DNA of 64,000 nucleotides from an uncultured Acidobacteriota bacterium (GTDB lineage Bacteria; Acidobacteriota; Polarisedimenticolia; J045). The DNA lies in the NCBI GenBank assembly GCA_963702425.1, contig CAVPCQ010000006.1, positions 192,001-256,000 on the forward strand, read 5' to 3'. A model generated the notes under the pieces. It was not told where the DNA came from, made no database searches, and saw nothing but the letters and a program-made list of their open reading frames with translations. Positions 12,323 through 22,260 of the stretch are shown here, piece after piece. The position numbers were made by a program, and so were the translations under genes. How positions within the stretch are numbered: position 1 is the stretch's first letter; every line of letters starts with the position of its first letter.

Positions 12323-14002
12323 ATGCGCGGAGCCGACGACGTCGAGATCTACTCCCTCGGGGGCTGCGGCGGCTTCGGCATGAACGCCACGCTCTACGTC
12401 TGCGGCGACGACGGGCTGCTGGTCGACTTCGGGCTGGGGCTGCCCAAGAGCCCGTCGCTCGGCGTGAGCCAGATCGTCCCCGATCCCTCCCCCCTGCTCG
12501 CGCGCTGCCCGCGGCTCGTCGCGGTTCTCCTGACCCACGCCCACGACGATCATGTCGGGGCGCTGGCGCACCTCCCCGTTGCCTGGCGGACCGCCCCGGT
12601 TTACGGCCCGGGGCTGGCCATCGACGCCGCGAAGGACCGGCTCGATGACGCCGGGGTCCCGGCCCCTCCCCTGCACGCGGTTGCCGCGGGCACCCGGCTC
12701 GAGTTGGGGCGCTTCAGCGCGACGCTGGTCCACGTCACGCACTCCGTCCCGGAGACGCGGATCGTCGCGCTCGACACCCCGGCCGGCCTGGTCGTCCACC
12801 TGAGCGACTTCAAGCTCGACCCGACGCCGGTCCAGGGCCCGCCGACCGACCTCGCGGCGCTGGCCGAGCTGGGGAAACGCGGCGTAAGGCTGGCGCTCTT
12901 CGACAGCACCGGCGCGCTGCGCGAGGAGCGCACCGCGAGCGAGCGGAGCGTCGTCGGGCCGCTCGAGTCGGTGATCCGCGAATGCGACGGGCAGGTCGTC
13001 GTCTCGACCTTCGCCAGCCACCTGCACCGGATCCAGTCGCTCTGTGCGATCGCCGCGCGCGGCGGCCGCCGGCCGGTCCCGATGGGCCTGCGGATGACGC
13101 GCACCGTGCGGCACGGGCTCGACCGCGGCCTGTTCGACGCCCCGGCCGGGCTGCTGCGCGACCGCGACGAGCTGCCGCAGATCCCCCAGCGCGCCCGTCT
13201 CGTGATCGCCGGCGGCTGCCAGGGGGAGCGCGACTCGTCGCTCAACCGGATCTCGCTCGAGAACGAGCCGCGGATCGCGCTCGGCCACGGGGACCTCGTC
13301 GTGATCTCGGCCAGCATCATCCCCGGCTGCGAGGTGAACGTCGGCCGGATGACCGACCGCTTCCTGCGCCGCGGCGTCTCGGTCGTCCACGCCGCGGAAG
13401 TCCGCGACCTGCACGTCTCCGGCCACGGCGGCCGCGAGGAGATCCGCGAGGTGCTCGCGCTGCTGCGGCCCGAGGCGGCGGTCCCGATCCACGGCGACCG
13501 GACGCATCTCGAGACGGCGGCCCGGCTGGCGGAGCGGCTCGACGCGCCGCCGCGGCAGGTCGAGGTGATCGAGCTGGGCGAAGGGCTCCGGCTCGGCCCG
13601 CGCGGGCTCGCACGGGGTGAGCGGATCGAGCTCGTGCCGCGCTACCTCGACGAGACCGGCCGGCAGGTCCCGGGAGAGGTCCTCAAGGACCGCTTCCGGA
13701 TGTCGGAAACGGGGGCGGCCACCGTCTTCGCATCGCTGCGCCGCGGCCGGGACGGGACCCCCGAGGCGGAGGTCCGGATCGCGGCCCTGGGGGTGTCGGG
13801 CTGGACCGGCGACGGGAGCCGCCGGGTGCGGGAGCTGGAGGAGGCGGTGCGGCGGCTGCTGGTGCGGCTCGGCACCCGTCCGGGGAACGGAGAGAAGGTC
13901 AAGGACGAGATCGCCGGCCTGGTCGCACACGCACTCCGCGAGGGGAGCCGGCGCAAGCCGAAGGTGGTCGTGCTGCTGGACGACACGCGGGAGCGCCCGT
14001 GA
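12323..14002 (+). CDS. rnj: Ribonuclease J
   Basis: LGG..FGMN, THAHDDHVGAL, HSVPE, SDFKLDPTP, FDST, TFASHLHRIQ, HVSGHG, VPIHGD. Confidence 0.9.
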   Translation: MRGADDVEIYSLGGCGGFGMNATLYVCGDDGLLVDFGLGLPKSPSLGVSQIVPDPSPLLARCPRLVAVLLTHAHDDHVGALAHLPVAWRTAPVYGPGLAIDAAKDRLDDAGVPAPPLHAVAAGTRLELGRFSATLVHVTHSVPETRIVALDTPAGLVVHLSDFKLDPTPVQGPPTDLAALAELGKRGVRLALFDSTGALREERTASERSVVGPLESVIRECDGQVVVSTFASHLHRIQSLCAIAARGGRRPVPMGLRMTRTVRHGLDRGLFDAPAGLLRDRDELPQIPQRARLVIAGGCQGERDSSLNRISLENEPRIALGHGDLVVISASIIPGCEVNVGRMTDRFLRRGVSVVHAAEVRDLHVSGHGGREEIREVLALLRPEAAVPIHGDRTHLETAARLAERLDAPPRQVEVIELGEGLRLGPRGLARGERIELVPRYLDETGRQVPGEVLKDRFRMSETGAATVFASLRRGRDGTPEAEVRIAALGVSGWTGDGSRRVRELEEAVRRLLVRLGTRPGNGEKVKDEIAGLVAHALREGSRRKPKVVVLLDDTRERP

Positions 14003-14820
14003 GCGCGCCGGGACCGCTCGGGCCGCTCGAGGCCGCGCTGCTGGGCTTGGTCGAGGGCCTGACCGAGTTCCTCCCGGTCTCGTCGACCGGGCACCTGATC
14101 CTGACCTCGTGGCTGCTGGGACGGACCGGCGACGCGGGCCTCGAGGCCTACGAGATCGTGATCCAGTCGGGTGCGATCCTCGCGGTGCTCGGGCTCTACC
14201 GCGAGCGGGTGGCGGAGATGCTGCGCGGCCTCGCCGGGCGCGACCCGGCCGGCCGGCGGCTACTCGTGAATCTCGCGGTCGGCGTCTTCCCCGCCCTGGT
14301 CCTCGGGGTCCTGCTCAAGAAGCCGATCGATCGCTGGCTGTTCCACCCCGGCCCGGTCGCCGCGGCTCTCGCGATCGGCGGGCTGGTGATGCTCGCCTGC
14401 GAGCCGCTGCGCCGCCGCCGGGTCGAGGACGGGGTCGGCCTCGAGCAACTCGGCTGGCGCCAGGCGCTGGCGATCGGGCTGGTGCAGTGCGTCGCGATGT
14501 GGCCTGGAACCTCGCGCTCGCTGGCGACGATCCTCGGCGGGCTCGCGGTCGGGCTCCGGCCGCCGGCCGCGGCGGAGTTCTCGTTCCTGCTGGCGCTGCC
14601 GACGCTGCTGGCCGCGACCGGCTACTCGCTGCTCAAGGACGGCCCCCTGATCGCGGCCTCCGTCACCCCGCTCTCGGCCCTCGTCGGGATCGTGGTGGCG
14701 ATGGTCAGCGCCGGTCTGGCCGTGAAGGGGTTCGTGCACTGGCTGGGCCACCACGGGCTCCAGCCCTTCGCCGTCTACCGGATCCTGCTCGCGGCGGCGG
14801 TCCTTTTCGCCCTGCACTAG
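13999..14820 (+). CDS. uppP: Undecaprenyl-diphosphate phosphatase
   Basis: GLVEGLTEFLPVSSTGHL, IQSGAILAV, PGTSRSLATI, AAEFSFLLALPT, FAVYRI. Confidence 0.96.
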   Translation: MSAPGPLGPLEAALLGLVEGLTEFLPVSSTGHLILTSWLLGRTGDAGLEAYEIVIQSGAILAVLGLYRERVAEMLRGLAGRDPAGRRLLVNLAVGVFPALVLGVLLKKPIDRWLFHPGPVAAALAIGGLVMLACEPLRRRRVEDGVGLEQLGWRQALAIGLVQCVAMWPGTSRSLATILGGLAVGLRPPAAAEFSFLLALPTLLAATGYSLLKDGPLIAASVTPLSALVGIVVAMVSAGLAVKGFVHWLGHHGLQPFAVYRILLAAAVLFALH

Positions 14821-14869
14821 GCCGCTGCCCCCTACCCATCTGCTGTTTACGGCGTTACCATCGCGTTCG

Positions 14870-17308
14870 ATGCTGCGCGATCTGCTCGACGCCCCGCGGG
14901 GCCGGGAAGCGGTGGGGATCCTGTTGACGGGGGCCGCGGTGCTCTGCGCGCTGGCCCTGTCCACCTTTACCCCGACCGACCCCTCCTTCTTCGCCTCCAG
15001 CAGCACCGGCGCGACGCACAACTGGATCGGACCGGCAGGAGCCCAGGTCTCGGCCGCGCTCTACGAGACCTTCGGCCTGGCCGCCTGGTTCCTGCCGTTG
15101 ATCCTGATCGCTGGGGCGCTCCGGCAACTGCGGCGGAGCAGCGAGACGCTGCGCGGCTCGGCGGTGCTGGGGCTGGTCCTGGTCGGCCTCGCGACCGCGA
15201 TTCTGATGTGCCTGATCGCCGGCCGGATCCGGCTGCGCGGCGCGTCGATGATGGCCGGGGGACTGGTCGGCAGCCTGTTCTCCCAGGGCCTGACCGCGAT
15301 CGCCAGCGACGTCGGCGCGGTGATCGTGGCCGGGACGATGCTGCTGGTGGGCTTGGCGCTGGCGGCCCGCTCGTCGCTGGCCGACTCAGCCGAAGACGCG
15401 AGCCGGGTGGTGCGGCGCGCCGTTCCCAAGGGGACCGGCCCGGCGCTCCGTCGCGGCGCGTGGCGCGTCACCGGATCGCTCGGGAGCGGCCTCGCGGGGG
15501 CGGGACGGGCGCTCGCCCGCCTGCGGCCCGCCCGGCCGCGGCCCGCGGTCCCCGTCGCCTCGATCGAGCCGGAGCCGCTCGACCTCGGCCCGGTCGCTGT
15601 GCTCGCCTCGGCGCTGCCGAGCGCGCCGGTCGCGGACGAGCCGGTCCTCCTGCCGCCCGACCTGGCGCTCCCGGAGGAACCCGCCGACGAGGACCTAGAT
15701 GACGCGACTGCCGCGGCTGCGGCCCCGGCCGGCCGGCGTGCCGCGAAGCGTGCCGGCCACCGGAGCACCCAGGCCTCGCTGCCGGTCGACATGCCCCTGG
15801 CGCACGCCAAGCTCCCGCCGCTCGAGCTGCTCGGCTCCCCCCCGCCGCAGGCCCCTCCCGACCGCCAGGAACTGCTCGCGATCGCGCGCCACATCGAGCG
15901 CCGCTGCGCCGAGTTCCAGGTCGAGGGGCAGGTCACGGAGTTCCACCCGGGCCCGGTCGTCACGACCTACGAGTTCCGCCCCAATGCCGGGATCAAGCTG
16001 GCCCGGATCACCTCGCTCTGCGACGACCTGGCGCTGGCGCTCGAGGCCGACAACGTCCGGATCGACCGGATCCCGGGGCGCCCGACGGTCGGGATCGAGG
16101 TCCCGAACCGCCGCCGCGAGCTGATCGCGCTGCGGCCGCTGCTCGAGCACGAGAGCTTCCGCCGGCCGAACGACCCGCTGACGATCGCGGTCGGGCGGAC
16201 GCAGGAGGGCGAGGTCTTCGTCACCTCGCTGTCCAAGATGCCGCACCTGCTGGTCGCCGGCTCGACGGGGTCGGGCAAGAGCGTCGGGCTCAACACGATC
16301 ATCACCTCGATCCTCTACCGCGCCCGGCCGGACCAGGTGAAGTTCATCATGGTGGACCCCAAGATGCTCGAGCTGGGGATCTACCAGGGGCTGCCGCACC
16401 TGCTGGTCCCGGTCGTCACCGACATGCGGCTGGCGACCAACGCGCTCAAGTGGGGGGTGCGCGAGATGGAGCGGCGCTACCGGCTGCTCGCTTCGTGCAA
16501 CGTGCGCGACCTCGAAGGGTTCAACCGCCACGTCGAGGAGGACCCGGAGGGCGTCCGCAAGGCGATCGAGAGCATTCCGCGCCGCGGCGAGGGGGAGCGC
16601 TTCGAGGTCAAGACGCTCCCCTACATCGTGGTCGTGGTCGACGAGCTGGCCGACCTGATGATGACCACCGGCCACGAGGCCGAGGAGGCGATCGCGCGGC
16701 TGGCGCAGAAGGCGCGCGCGGTCGGGATCCACCTCGTGCTGGCGACGCAGCGCCCGTCGGTCGACATCCTGACCGGCACGATCAAGGCCAACTTCCCGGC
16801 CCGGATCGGCTTCCGCGTCGCCTCGCGCATCGACTCGCGAACGATCCTCGACGGCTCCGGCGCCGAGCGCCTGCTGGGCCAGGGCGACATGCTCTTCCGG
16901 CTCCCCGGCAGCTCGCGCCTGCAGCGCGTGCACGGCGCCTACGTTTCCGAGGAAGAGGACCTCCGGATCGTGCGCTGGCTGCAGACCCAGGCCAAGGCGG
17001 AATACGACAAGAGCGTGCTCGAGGATCAGCCCGAACCGGCCTCCGAGAACGGTGGCGGGCTGGGCGAGGCGTTCAACCCGAACGACCCCGTCTACCGCGA
17101 CGCGGTCCGGCTGGTCGTGCAGTCGGGGCAGGCCTCCACGTCGTACCTGCAGCGCCGGATGAAGCTCGGCTACTCCCGCGCCGCGCGGATCATCGACCAG
17201 ATGCAGGAGGACGGGGTCGTCGGCCCGCCGGACGGCAGCAAGCCGCGGCAGATCCTGGTCGAGACCGACTACCTGGAGCGGTTGAACGACCCGCGCAACG
17301 ACCTGTAG
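14870..17308 (+). CDS. ftsK: DNA translocase FtsK
   Basis: N-terminal 4-TM domain (NWIG..GA), GPVVTTYE, MPHLLVAGSTGSGKSV, VDPKMLEL, VDELADLM, LATQRPSVD, gamma domain LQRRMKLGYSRAARIID. Confidence 0.97.
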   Translation: MLRDLLDAPRGREAVGILLTGAAVLCALALSTFTPTDPSFFASSSTGATHNWIGPAGAQVSAALYETFGLAAWFLPLILIAGALRQLRRSSETLRGSAVLGLVLVGLATAILMCLIAGRIRLRGASMMAGGLVGSLFSQGLTAIASDVGAVIVAGTMLLVGLALAARSSLADSAEDASRVVRRAVPKGTGPALRRGAWRVTGSLGSGLAGAGRALARLRPARPRPAVPVASIEPEPLDLGPVAVLASALPSAPVADEPVLLPPDLALPEEPADEDLDDATAAAAAPAGRRAAKRAGHRSTQASLPVDMPLAHAKLPPLELLGSPPPQAPPDRQELLAIARHIERRCAEFQVEGQVTEFHPGPVVTTYEFRPNAGIKLARITSLCDDLALALEADNVRIDRIPGRPTVGIEVPNRRRELIALRPLLEHESFRRPNDPLTIAVGRTQEGEVFVTSLSKMPHLLVAGSTGSGKSVGLNTIITSILYRARPDQVKFIMVDPKMLELGIYQGLPHLLVPVVTDMRLATNALKWGVREMERRYRLLASCNVRDLEGFNRHVEEDPEGVRKAIESIPRRGEGERFEVKTLPYIVVVVDELADLMMTTGHEAEEAIARLAQKARAVGIHLVLATQRPSVDILTGTIKANFPARIGFRVASRIDSRTILDGSGAERLLGQGDMLFRLPGSSRLQRVHGAYVSEEEDLRIVRWLQTQAKAEYDKSVLEDQPEPASENGGGLGEAFNPNDPVYRDAVRLVVQSGQASTSYLQRRMKLGYSRAARIIDQMQEDGVVGPPDGSKPRQILVETDYLERLNDPRNDL

Positions 17309-17326
17309 CGCGCCGAGCGTTTCGCG

Positions 17327-18874
17327 TCAGTAGCCCGCGATCGTCGTGTCCGGTCCGAGGTCCTGCGGCTTGACGCCGAGCAGCGGCGTCCCCTCGACGA
17401 CCAGCACCGAGCCGACCGGCCACCCCTTGGCGAGCTGCAGGTAGGCCTGCACGGCGTAAGGGGCCAGGATCGCGACGTTCGCGGTCCGGCCGGTGAGCCG
17501 GCGCTGCGGCTCCGCGGGCTGGAACGGGAACGGGTCGATCATCGCGCTCGCCGATTGCGGCCCGAAGGCTTCGGCGACGATCTGGAACCGGCCGACCCGC
17601 CGGTCCGCGCGGCCGTGCGCTTCGAAGGCGGACGCCACGGTGGCGCCGGTCGCTTCGAGCACCGTGCTGGCCGCGCGCCCGGCCATCTCCCACTGCGGGT
17701 AGCGCCAGAGCAGCGGCGTGCCGGGCAGGAGCGCCAGCAGCAGGCCCAGCGCCAGCAGCAGCGCCGGCGCCTTGCGCAGCGTCGCGCTGCGCGCGGCCGG
17801 ATCGGTCGCGGCCGCGCGCGCCGCGATCAACGCTGCACCGACGCCGGCCCCGGCGAACACGGCCAGCGGGGCGAGCAGCCCCTCCCCGTAGCGCAGCCGG
17901 AAGACGGGCGCCGCGATGAAGCTCGCCGTTCCGAGCGCGAGCCAGACGAGACAGGCCTGCCGCACCGGGACCCAGGTCGTTGCCGGCGCGGGGACGACGG
18001 CCGCCCGCCGCATCACCAGCCAGAGCAGGAAGGCCGACGTGAGCAGAGCGGCGACGGCCGGTGCGAGACCCCAGCGCTGGTGGTCGAGCAACCCGGCCGA
18101 CAGCTCGCGCACGGTCTCCCGGAGCGGCATCGGCAGCTCGCGTTCATAGCGGCCGATCGTGCCCAGCAGCGTGATGCGATACAGGAGGTGCGCGCCGAGC
18201 CCGACGGCGAGGACCGCGCTCGCGCCGACGGCCGCGCGGCGCCCCGGCCGGACGCGCCAGGGCTGCAGCACGACGATCGCGAGCAGTGGCGCGAGCAGCG
18301 CGGGCTCCTTGACCGTCGGGGCCAGCAGCGCCAGCGCCACGCCGAGCGCGAGCCGCCCCCGTCCGAGCGGCTCCGTCCCGGTCAGGGCCACCAGCGCGCC
18401 CAGGACCAGCGCCGTCGCCAGCGTGTCGGCGTCGCGCGAGGTCACGGGGACCGTCTCGGCCTGCAGCGGGTGCAGCGCGTAGACCAGCGCGGCGACGGTC
18501 CAGGCGAGCCGCGGCGCGGCGCCATGGCGCGCGGCGAGCGTACCCGCCAGCGCCGCTGTGGCGACCAGCAGCGCCAGCCGCGCGAAGTGATAGCCGAACG
18601 GCTGCTCCCCGAACGCCGCGAACTGCAGCGCCGTGAAGGCGGTGAGGCCCGGGCGCCAGAACCGCGCCCCTTCCCAGAGCCCCTCGAGGTAGCGCTGCGT
18701 GAACAGAATCGACGGGTCGGCCAGCGCGGCCTTGGCTTGCGCCAGGATCGGCCAGACGTCGACGCCGGTGAGCGGCATTCGCAGCGTGGACCCCCACGCC
18801 ACGGCCACCAGCACGAGGAGCAGCGCTGGCGGCAGCAGGCGCGCTGCGCGCGGCCCGGTCGGGCCGCCGCTCAA
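17327..18874 (-). CDS. Polytopic membrane protein, GT-C (ArnT/TMTC-like) glycosyltransferase-like
   Basis: TTG start overlaps the upstream stop; FWRP in the first loop, FG..PFGYH, YALHPLQAETV...SR, KE motif; more than 10 TM segments. Confidence 0.65.
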   Translation of the reverse strand: MSGGPTGPRAARLLPPALLLVLVAVAWGSTLRMPLTGVDVWPILAQAKAALADPSILFTQRYLEGLWEGARFWRPGLTAFTALQFAAFGEQPFGYHFARLALLVATAALAGTLAARHGAAPRLAWTVAALVYALHPLQAETVPVTSRDADTLATALVLGALVALTGTEPLGRGRLALGVALALLAPTVKEPALLAPLLAIVVLQPWRVRPGRRAAVGASAVLAVGLGAHLLYRITLLGTIGRYERELPMPLRETVRELSAGLLDHQRWGLAPAVAALLTSAFLLWLVMRRAAVVPAPATTWVPVRQACLVWLALGTASFIAAPVFRLRYGEGLLAPLAVFAGAGVGAALIAARAAATDPAARSATLRKAPALLLALGLLLALLPGTPLLWRYPQWEMAGRAASTVLEATGATVASAFEAHGRADRRVGRFQIVAEAFGPQSASAMIDPFPFQPAEPQRRLTGRTANVAILAPYAVQAYLQLAKGWPVGSVLVVEGTPLLGVKPQDLGPDTTIAGY

Positions 18875-19797
18875 CGCGCGGTTCCGGAGACCGCGGCCGC
18901 CGCCACGGGGTTGCCGGTCAGGGGATCGATCGGAAACGCCCCTTCCACCGTCACGGCGCTCGCCTCGAGCAGCGTTCCCGTGCGGTCGAGCGCGACGCGC
19001 CCGAGCTGCTGGCCGAGCAGGCCGACCCACAGCGTCGGCGCATCGAACCCGGCCTCGGGCCGCGTGCTGATCGTCGACCCGCTGCTGGCGAAGACGGCGT
19101 CCACGCCGGGCGCCGCGCGGAGCAGCTCGGCCAGATCGGTGTAGCCGGCGTTCGAGAGCAGCACGACGCGCGCGCCCTCCCCTTGCAGCCGCGCGACGAG
19201 CGCCGGAACGATCTCGCGCGCGTCGACGGTGACGACGGTGCCGGTCCGCGGGCCGCCCCAGACCGCCGTCAGGTCGTGCGCGATCACGCCGATGAAGGCG
19301 ATCTTCCCGGACGGGGTGTCGAAGATCGCGGCCTCCTCGACCAGCGGGCGGCCGGTCTCGAGCACGCGCAGGTTGGCGGCGAGCAGCGGAAACGGCGCGG
19401 ATTTCGCCGCCGCCGCGATCCCCTCGGCCCCGACCGCCTCGAGATCGAACAGCCCGACCGCGACCGCTGCATAGGGGACGGTTCCGTAGAAGGCGATCAT
19501 CCCGGAGAGCGGAACCTGCTCGTCGACGGTCGGGTCGACGAGGTTCCCGGTGCTCACCCAGAGCGGCTTCGCCTCCGGTTCGGTGTCGCGCAGCCACTCG
19601 GTGAACGCGGGCCGATAGAGCGCGCCCCCCATCCGCCCCTGGCACCCCTTGGGGTGGATGAACCCGGTGTCGCCACCGGTGGCCAGAAGCACCGTCGCAG
19701 TCCCGCCGGGGAGCGGTTCCCAGGCCCCCTTCCCCGCCGCCGCGACGGGCGGGCCGGCCAGGGCGAGGATCGCGACGAGAGCGTGCAGGCGGCGCAT
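18871..19797 (-). CDS. Exported 5'-nucleotidase-like (calcineurin-like metallophosphoesterase fold) protein, degenerate
   Basis: Signal peptide; TGGDTGFIHPKGC..MGG; STGN; FPLLAANL; KIAFIGV; VVLLS; GQQLGRV. Confidence 0.6.
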   Translation of the reverse strand: MRRLHALVAILALAGPPVAAAGKGAWEPLPGGTATVLLATGGDTGFIHPKGCQGRMGGALYRPAFTEWLRDTEPEAKPLWVSTGNLVDPTVDEQVPLSGMIAFYGTVPYAAVAVGLFDLEAVGAEGIAAAAKSAPFPLLAANLRVLETGRPLVEEAAIFDTPSGKIAFIGVIAHDLTAVWGGPRTGTVVTVDAREIVPALVARLQGEGARVVLLSNAGYTDLAELLRAAPGVDAVFASSGSTISTRPEAGFDAPTLWVGLLGQQLGRVALDRTGTLLEASAVTVEGAFPIDPLTGNPVAAAAVSGTAR

Positions 19798-19927
19798 CGG
19801 AGAGAGCATAGTCTCGACCGCCCGGGCGGCCAAAAGGCCCGGGACGCGCGCACTTGGGCGGTCTGGCGGCATGGTACGATCTGCGCACCGGATGTCGCCC
19901 CGATCGCGCCGGTCAGGATGTCCCGCC

Positions 19928-20641
19928 GTGCCGAAGTCCAAGGGGGAGGGTTCGGATACTCTCGGCGCCATCGAGCGTGCGCTGGGGTATTCCTTCGTCG
20001 ATCGCGAGCTGCTGGAACGCGCGCTGACGCACCGCTCCGCGGCACACGAGGCCCGGTCCGTCGGCCACAACGAGCCGCTCGAGTTCCTGGGCGACGCGGT
20101 CCTCAGTTTTCTGGTCGCGGACCGAATCGTGCGGCGCCGCTCCGACCTCGACGAAGGGGCGATGACGCGGCTGCGGGCGTCGATGGTCAACACGCACCGG
20201 CTGGCGAAGGAGGCCGAGCGGCTCGACCTCGGTCTCGCGGTGCGCCTGGGCAAGGGCGAGGACCGCTCGGGCGGCCGCCGGAAGCTGTCGATCCTGGCCG
20301 ACACGACCGAGGCGGTGATCGGGGCGATCTACCTCGACGGCGGGATCCGACCCGTGCGCTCGCTGATCCTGCGGCTGTTCGGCAAGGAGATCGACAGCGC
20401 GGGCACGCGTCCGGCCGGCAACTGGGACCCCAAGACGCGGCTGCAGGAACTGGTGCAGTCGCGCGGCCTCGTCGTGCCGGAGTACCGGCTGGTCTCCGAG
20501 ACGGGACCCGATCACTCGCGCGAGTTCGTGATCGAGGTGCTGGTCGAAGGCGAGGTGATCGGCCGCGGAACCGGCTCCGCCAAGAAGCGCGCCGAACAGG
20601 ACGCCGCCTCCGAAGCGCTCCGCACCCTCAAGCAGGCCTGA
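19928..20641 (+). CDS. rnc: Ribonuclease III
   Basis: LGYSF...LLERALTHRS, NEPLEFLGDAVL, ADTTEAVIGAIYLDGG, dsRBD DPKTRLQE...GPDH...G.G.AKKRAEQDAA; GTG start estimated. Confidence 0.96.
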   Translation: MPKSKGEGSDTLGAIERALGYSFVDRELLERALTHRSAAHEARSVGHNEPLEFLGDAVLSFLVADRIVRRRSDLDEGAMTRLRASMVNTHRLAKEAERLDLGLAVRLGKGEDRSGGRRKLSILADTTEAVIGAIYLDGGIRPVRSLILRLFGKEIDSAGTRPAGNWDPKTRLQELVQSRGLVVPEYRLVSETGPDHSREFVIEVLVEGEVIGRGTGSAKKRAEQDAASEALRTLKQA

Positions 20642-20660
20642 CCCGGTCGTCCACCGCCCT

Positions 20661-20783
20661 GTGGGGGCCGGCCTCCGTGCCGGCCCGGAACGCGTGACGT
20701 CATGCACCTGTAGGGGCCGGCCTCCGTGCCGGCCCGAAACGCGCATCGGCGTCGGACGGGCCGGCACGGAGGCCGGCCCCTAC
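20661..20783. repeat. Cluster of three GTAG-type REP-like palindromes
   Basis: GT(A/G)GGGGCCGGCCTCCGTGCCGGCCC at 20661-20686 and 20710-20735, inverted copy at 20758-20783, between convergent genes. Confidence 0.85.
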
Positions 20784-22260
20784 GGCAGCCGTTGGAGGCA
20801 GCGCTGTGGACCGTCCGGCGCGCAGGGCTGAAACACCTGCAGGTCGCCAAAGGCGTCGTGCTTGTACTTCGTCGGGTCGGGCAGCGCTTCGCAGACGATC
20901 TCCGCCCCCTGGCTCGCCTGCCCTTTCGGGGCCTGCACGTAGCCGATCGAGCGCAGCGCCGCTTCGGTCTCGTCGATCAACTCCTGCGGGAGCATCGCGT
21001 GCGGGACCTTCGCGGCGGCGATCGCGTCGAGACGCCCGCGAAGAGTCGCCCGCATCGCGGCCAACGCCTGCGATTCCCGGGGCGCGACGTCGCTCGTTTC
21101 ACCGGGGTCGGAGGAGAGATCGAACAGCGTCTCGCCGCAGGTCCGGTGGTCGAGCTGGTACTTCCACTTCCCCTGGACCAGCCCGGTGTAGCAGCCCATG
21201 CGCAAGCGTCTGGGTCAGGGCCGTGGAGTCCTGCGACCGCGTCCGCGGGCGCGAGCGGCAGCGGCTTGACGAGCCCGAAGTCCTCGTACGGGAGCCCGGC
21301 CAGCTTGAGCAGCGTCGGCCCGATCTGCGCGATCTCCACCGCCCCGCCGATCTCCGCCGGCGCGAGGTGGCCGGGCCAGCGGATCATGATCGGCACGTGG
21401 GTCATGTCCTGGTCGACGCGGATCGTGTGGCCCAGCCAGCCGTGTCCCTGGAACGACTCGCCGTGGTCGCCGAGGATGACGACGATCGTGTCGTCGGCGC
21501 GGCCCAGCTCCTGCAGGTGCTCGAGGATCTCGCGCACGAACTTGTCGGTGTAGGCGATCTCGCCGCGGTACTGGCCGTGGAGGTAGAGCGCTCCGTCCGG
21601 CGGGAGCGGGTTCTCGATCCACTTCAGGCACTGGACGTCCTGGCGGGCCGGCTCGACGCCGATCCGGAACTGCTCGTCGTACGGCGCGGGCGGGATGTAG
21701 TTGTAGTGCGGGTCCCAGAAGTGGACCCAGACCAAGAAGCGGTCGTCCTTGTAGCGGTCGAGCAGGTGGAGCGTCTTGCCCGACAGCTTGGGCGAGGTGA
21801 CGACGTCGTGCCCGAGCGGCTCGAACTCGTAGTCGTCGAAGCCGCGCGCGAAGCCGTACTCGGGGCGCAGCGTCAGCGCCGGGGAGACCGCCCCGGTCCG
21901 CCAGCGGGCCTTCTGGAGCCGCTCGGCGAGCACGGGGACCGACGGCGCCAGCGCGCGATCGTGCTCCTCGACGCCGTGCGCGGGGGCCGGGAGCCCGGTC
22001 ATCACCGCCATCATCGAAGGGGTCGTCCACGGGGCGGCGGAGAGCGCGTTCGGGAAACGGACCGATTCGCGTTCGAAGGCGGCGAGAGTGGGCGCCACGG
22101 GGCGGCCGTTCTCGACGCGAGCGACCTCGTCGGCGCGCAGCGAGTCGATCGAGATGATCAGGATCGAGGGCTTCGGCTTCTTGCAGCCGGTACAGGCGAG
22201 GACGGCGACGGCCACCAGGGCCGCGACGGGGACGAGGGCGGCGCGCTTCGGGAAGGTCAC
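20780..22260 (-). CDS. Sulfatase-like (alkaline phosphatase superfamily) lipoprotein; frameshift near 21200-21230
   Basis: Lipobox-like LACTGC; ISIDSLRAD; APWTTPS; HFWDPH; YRGEIAYTD; GDHGESF; the C-terminus (KWKY..ETLFDL..DPGE...ALRSIGYV) continues in ORF 20780-21205. Confidence 0.8.

Noticed and set aside
18871-19797. Possible selenoprotein (related 5'-nucleotidase-like proteins can carry a CxU-type motif)
   Set aside because: The motif reads HPKGC with an ordinary TGC codon and there is no in-frame TGA.
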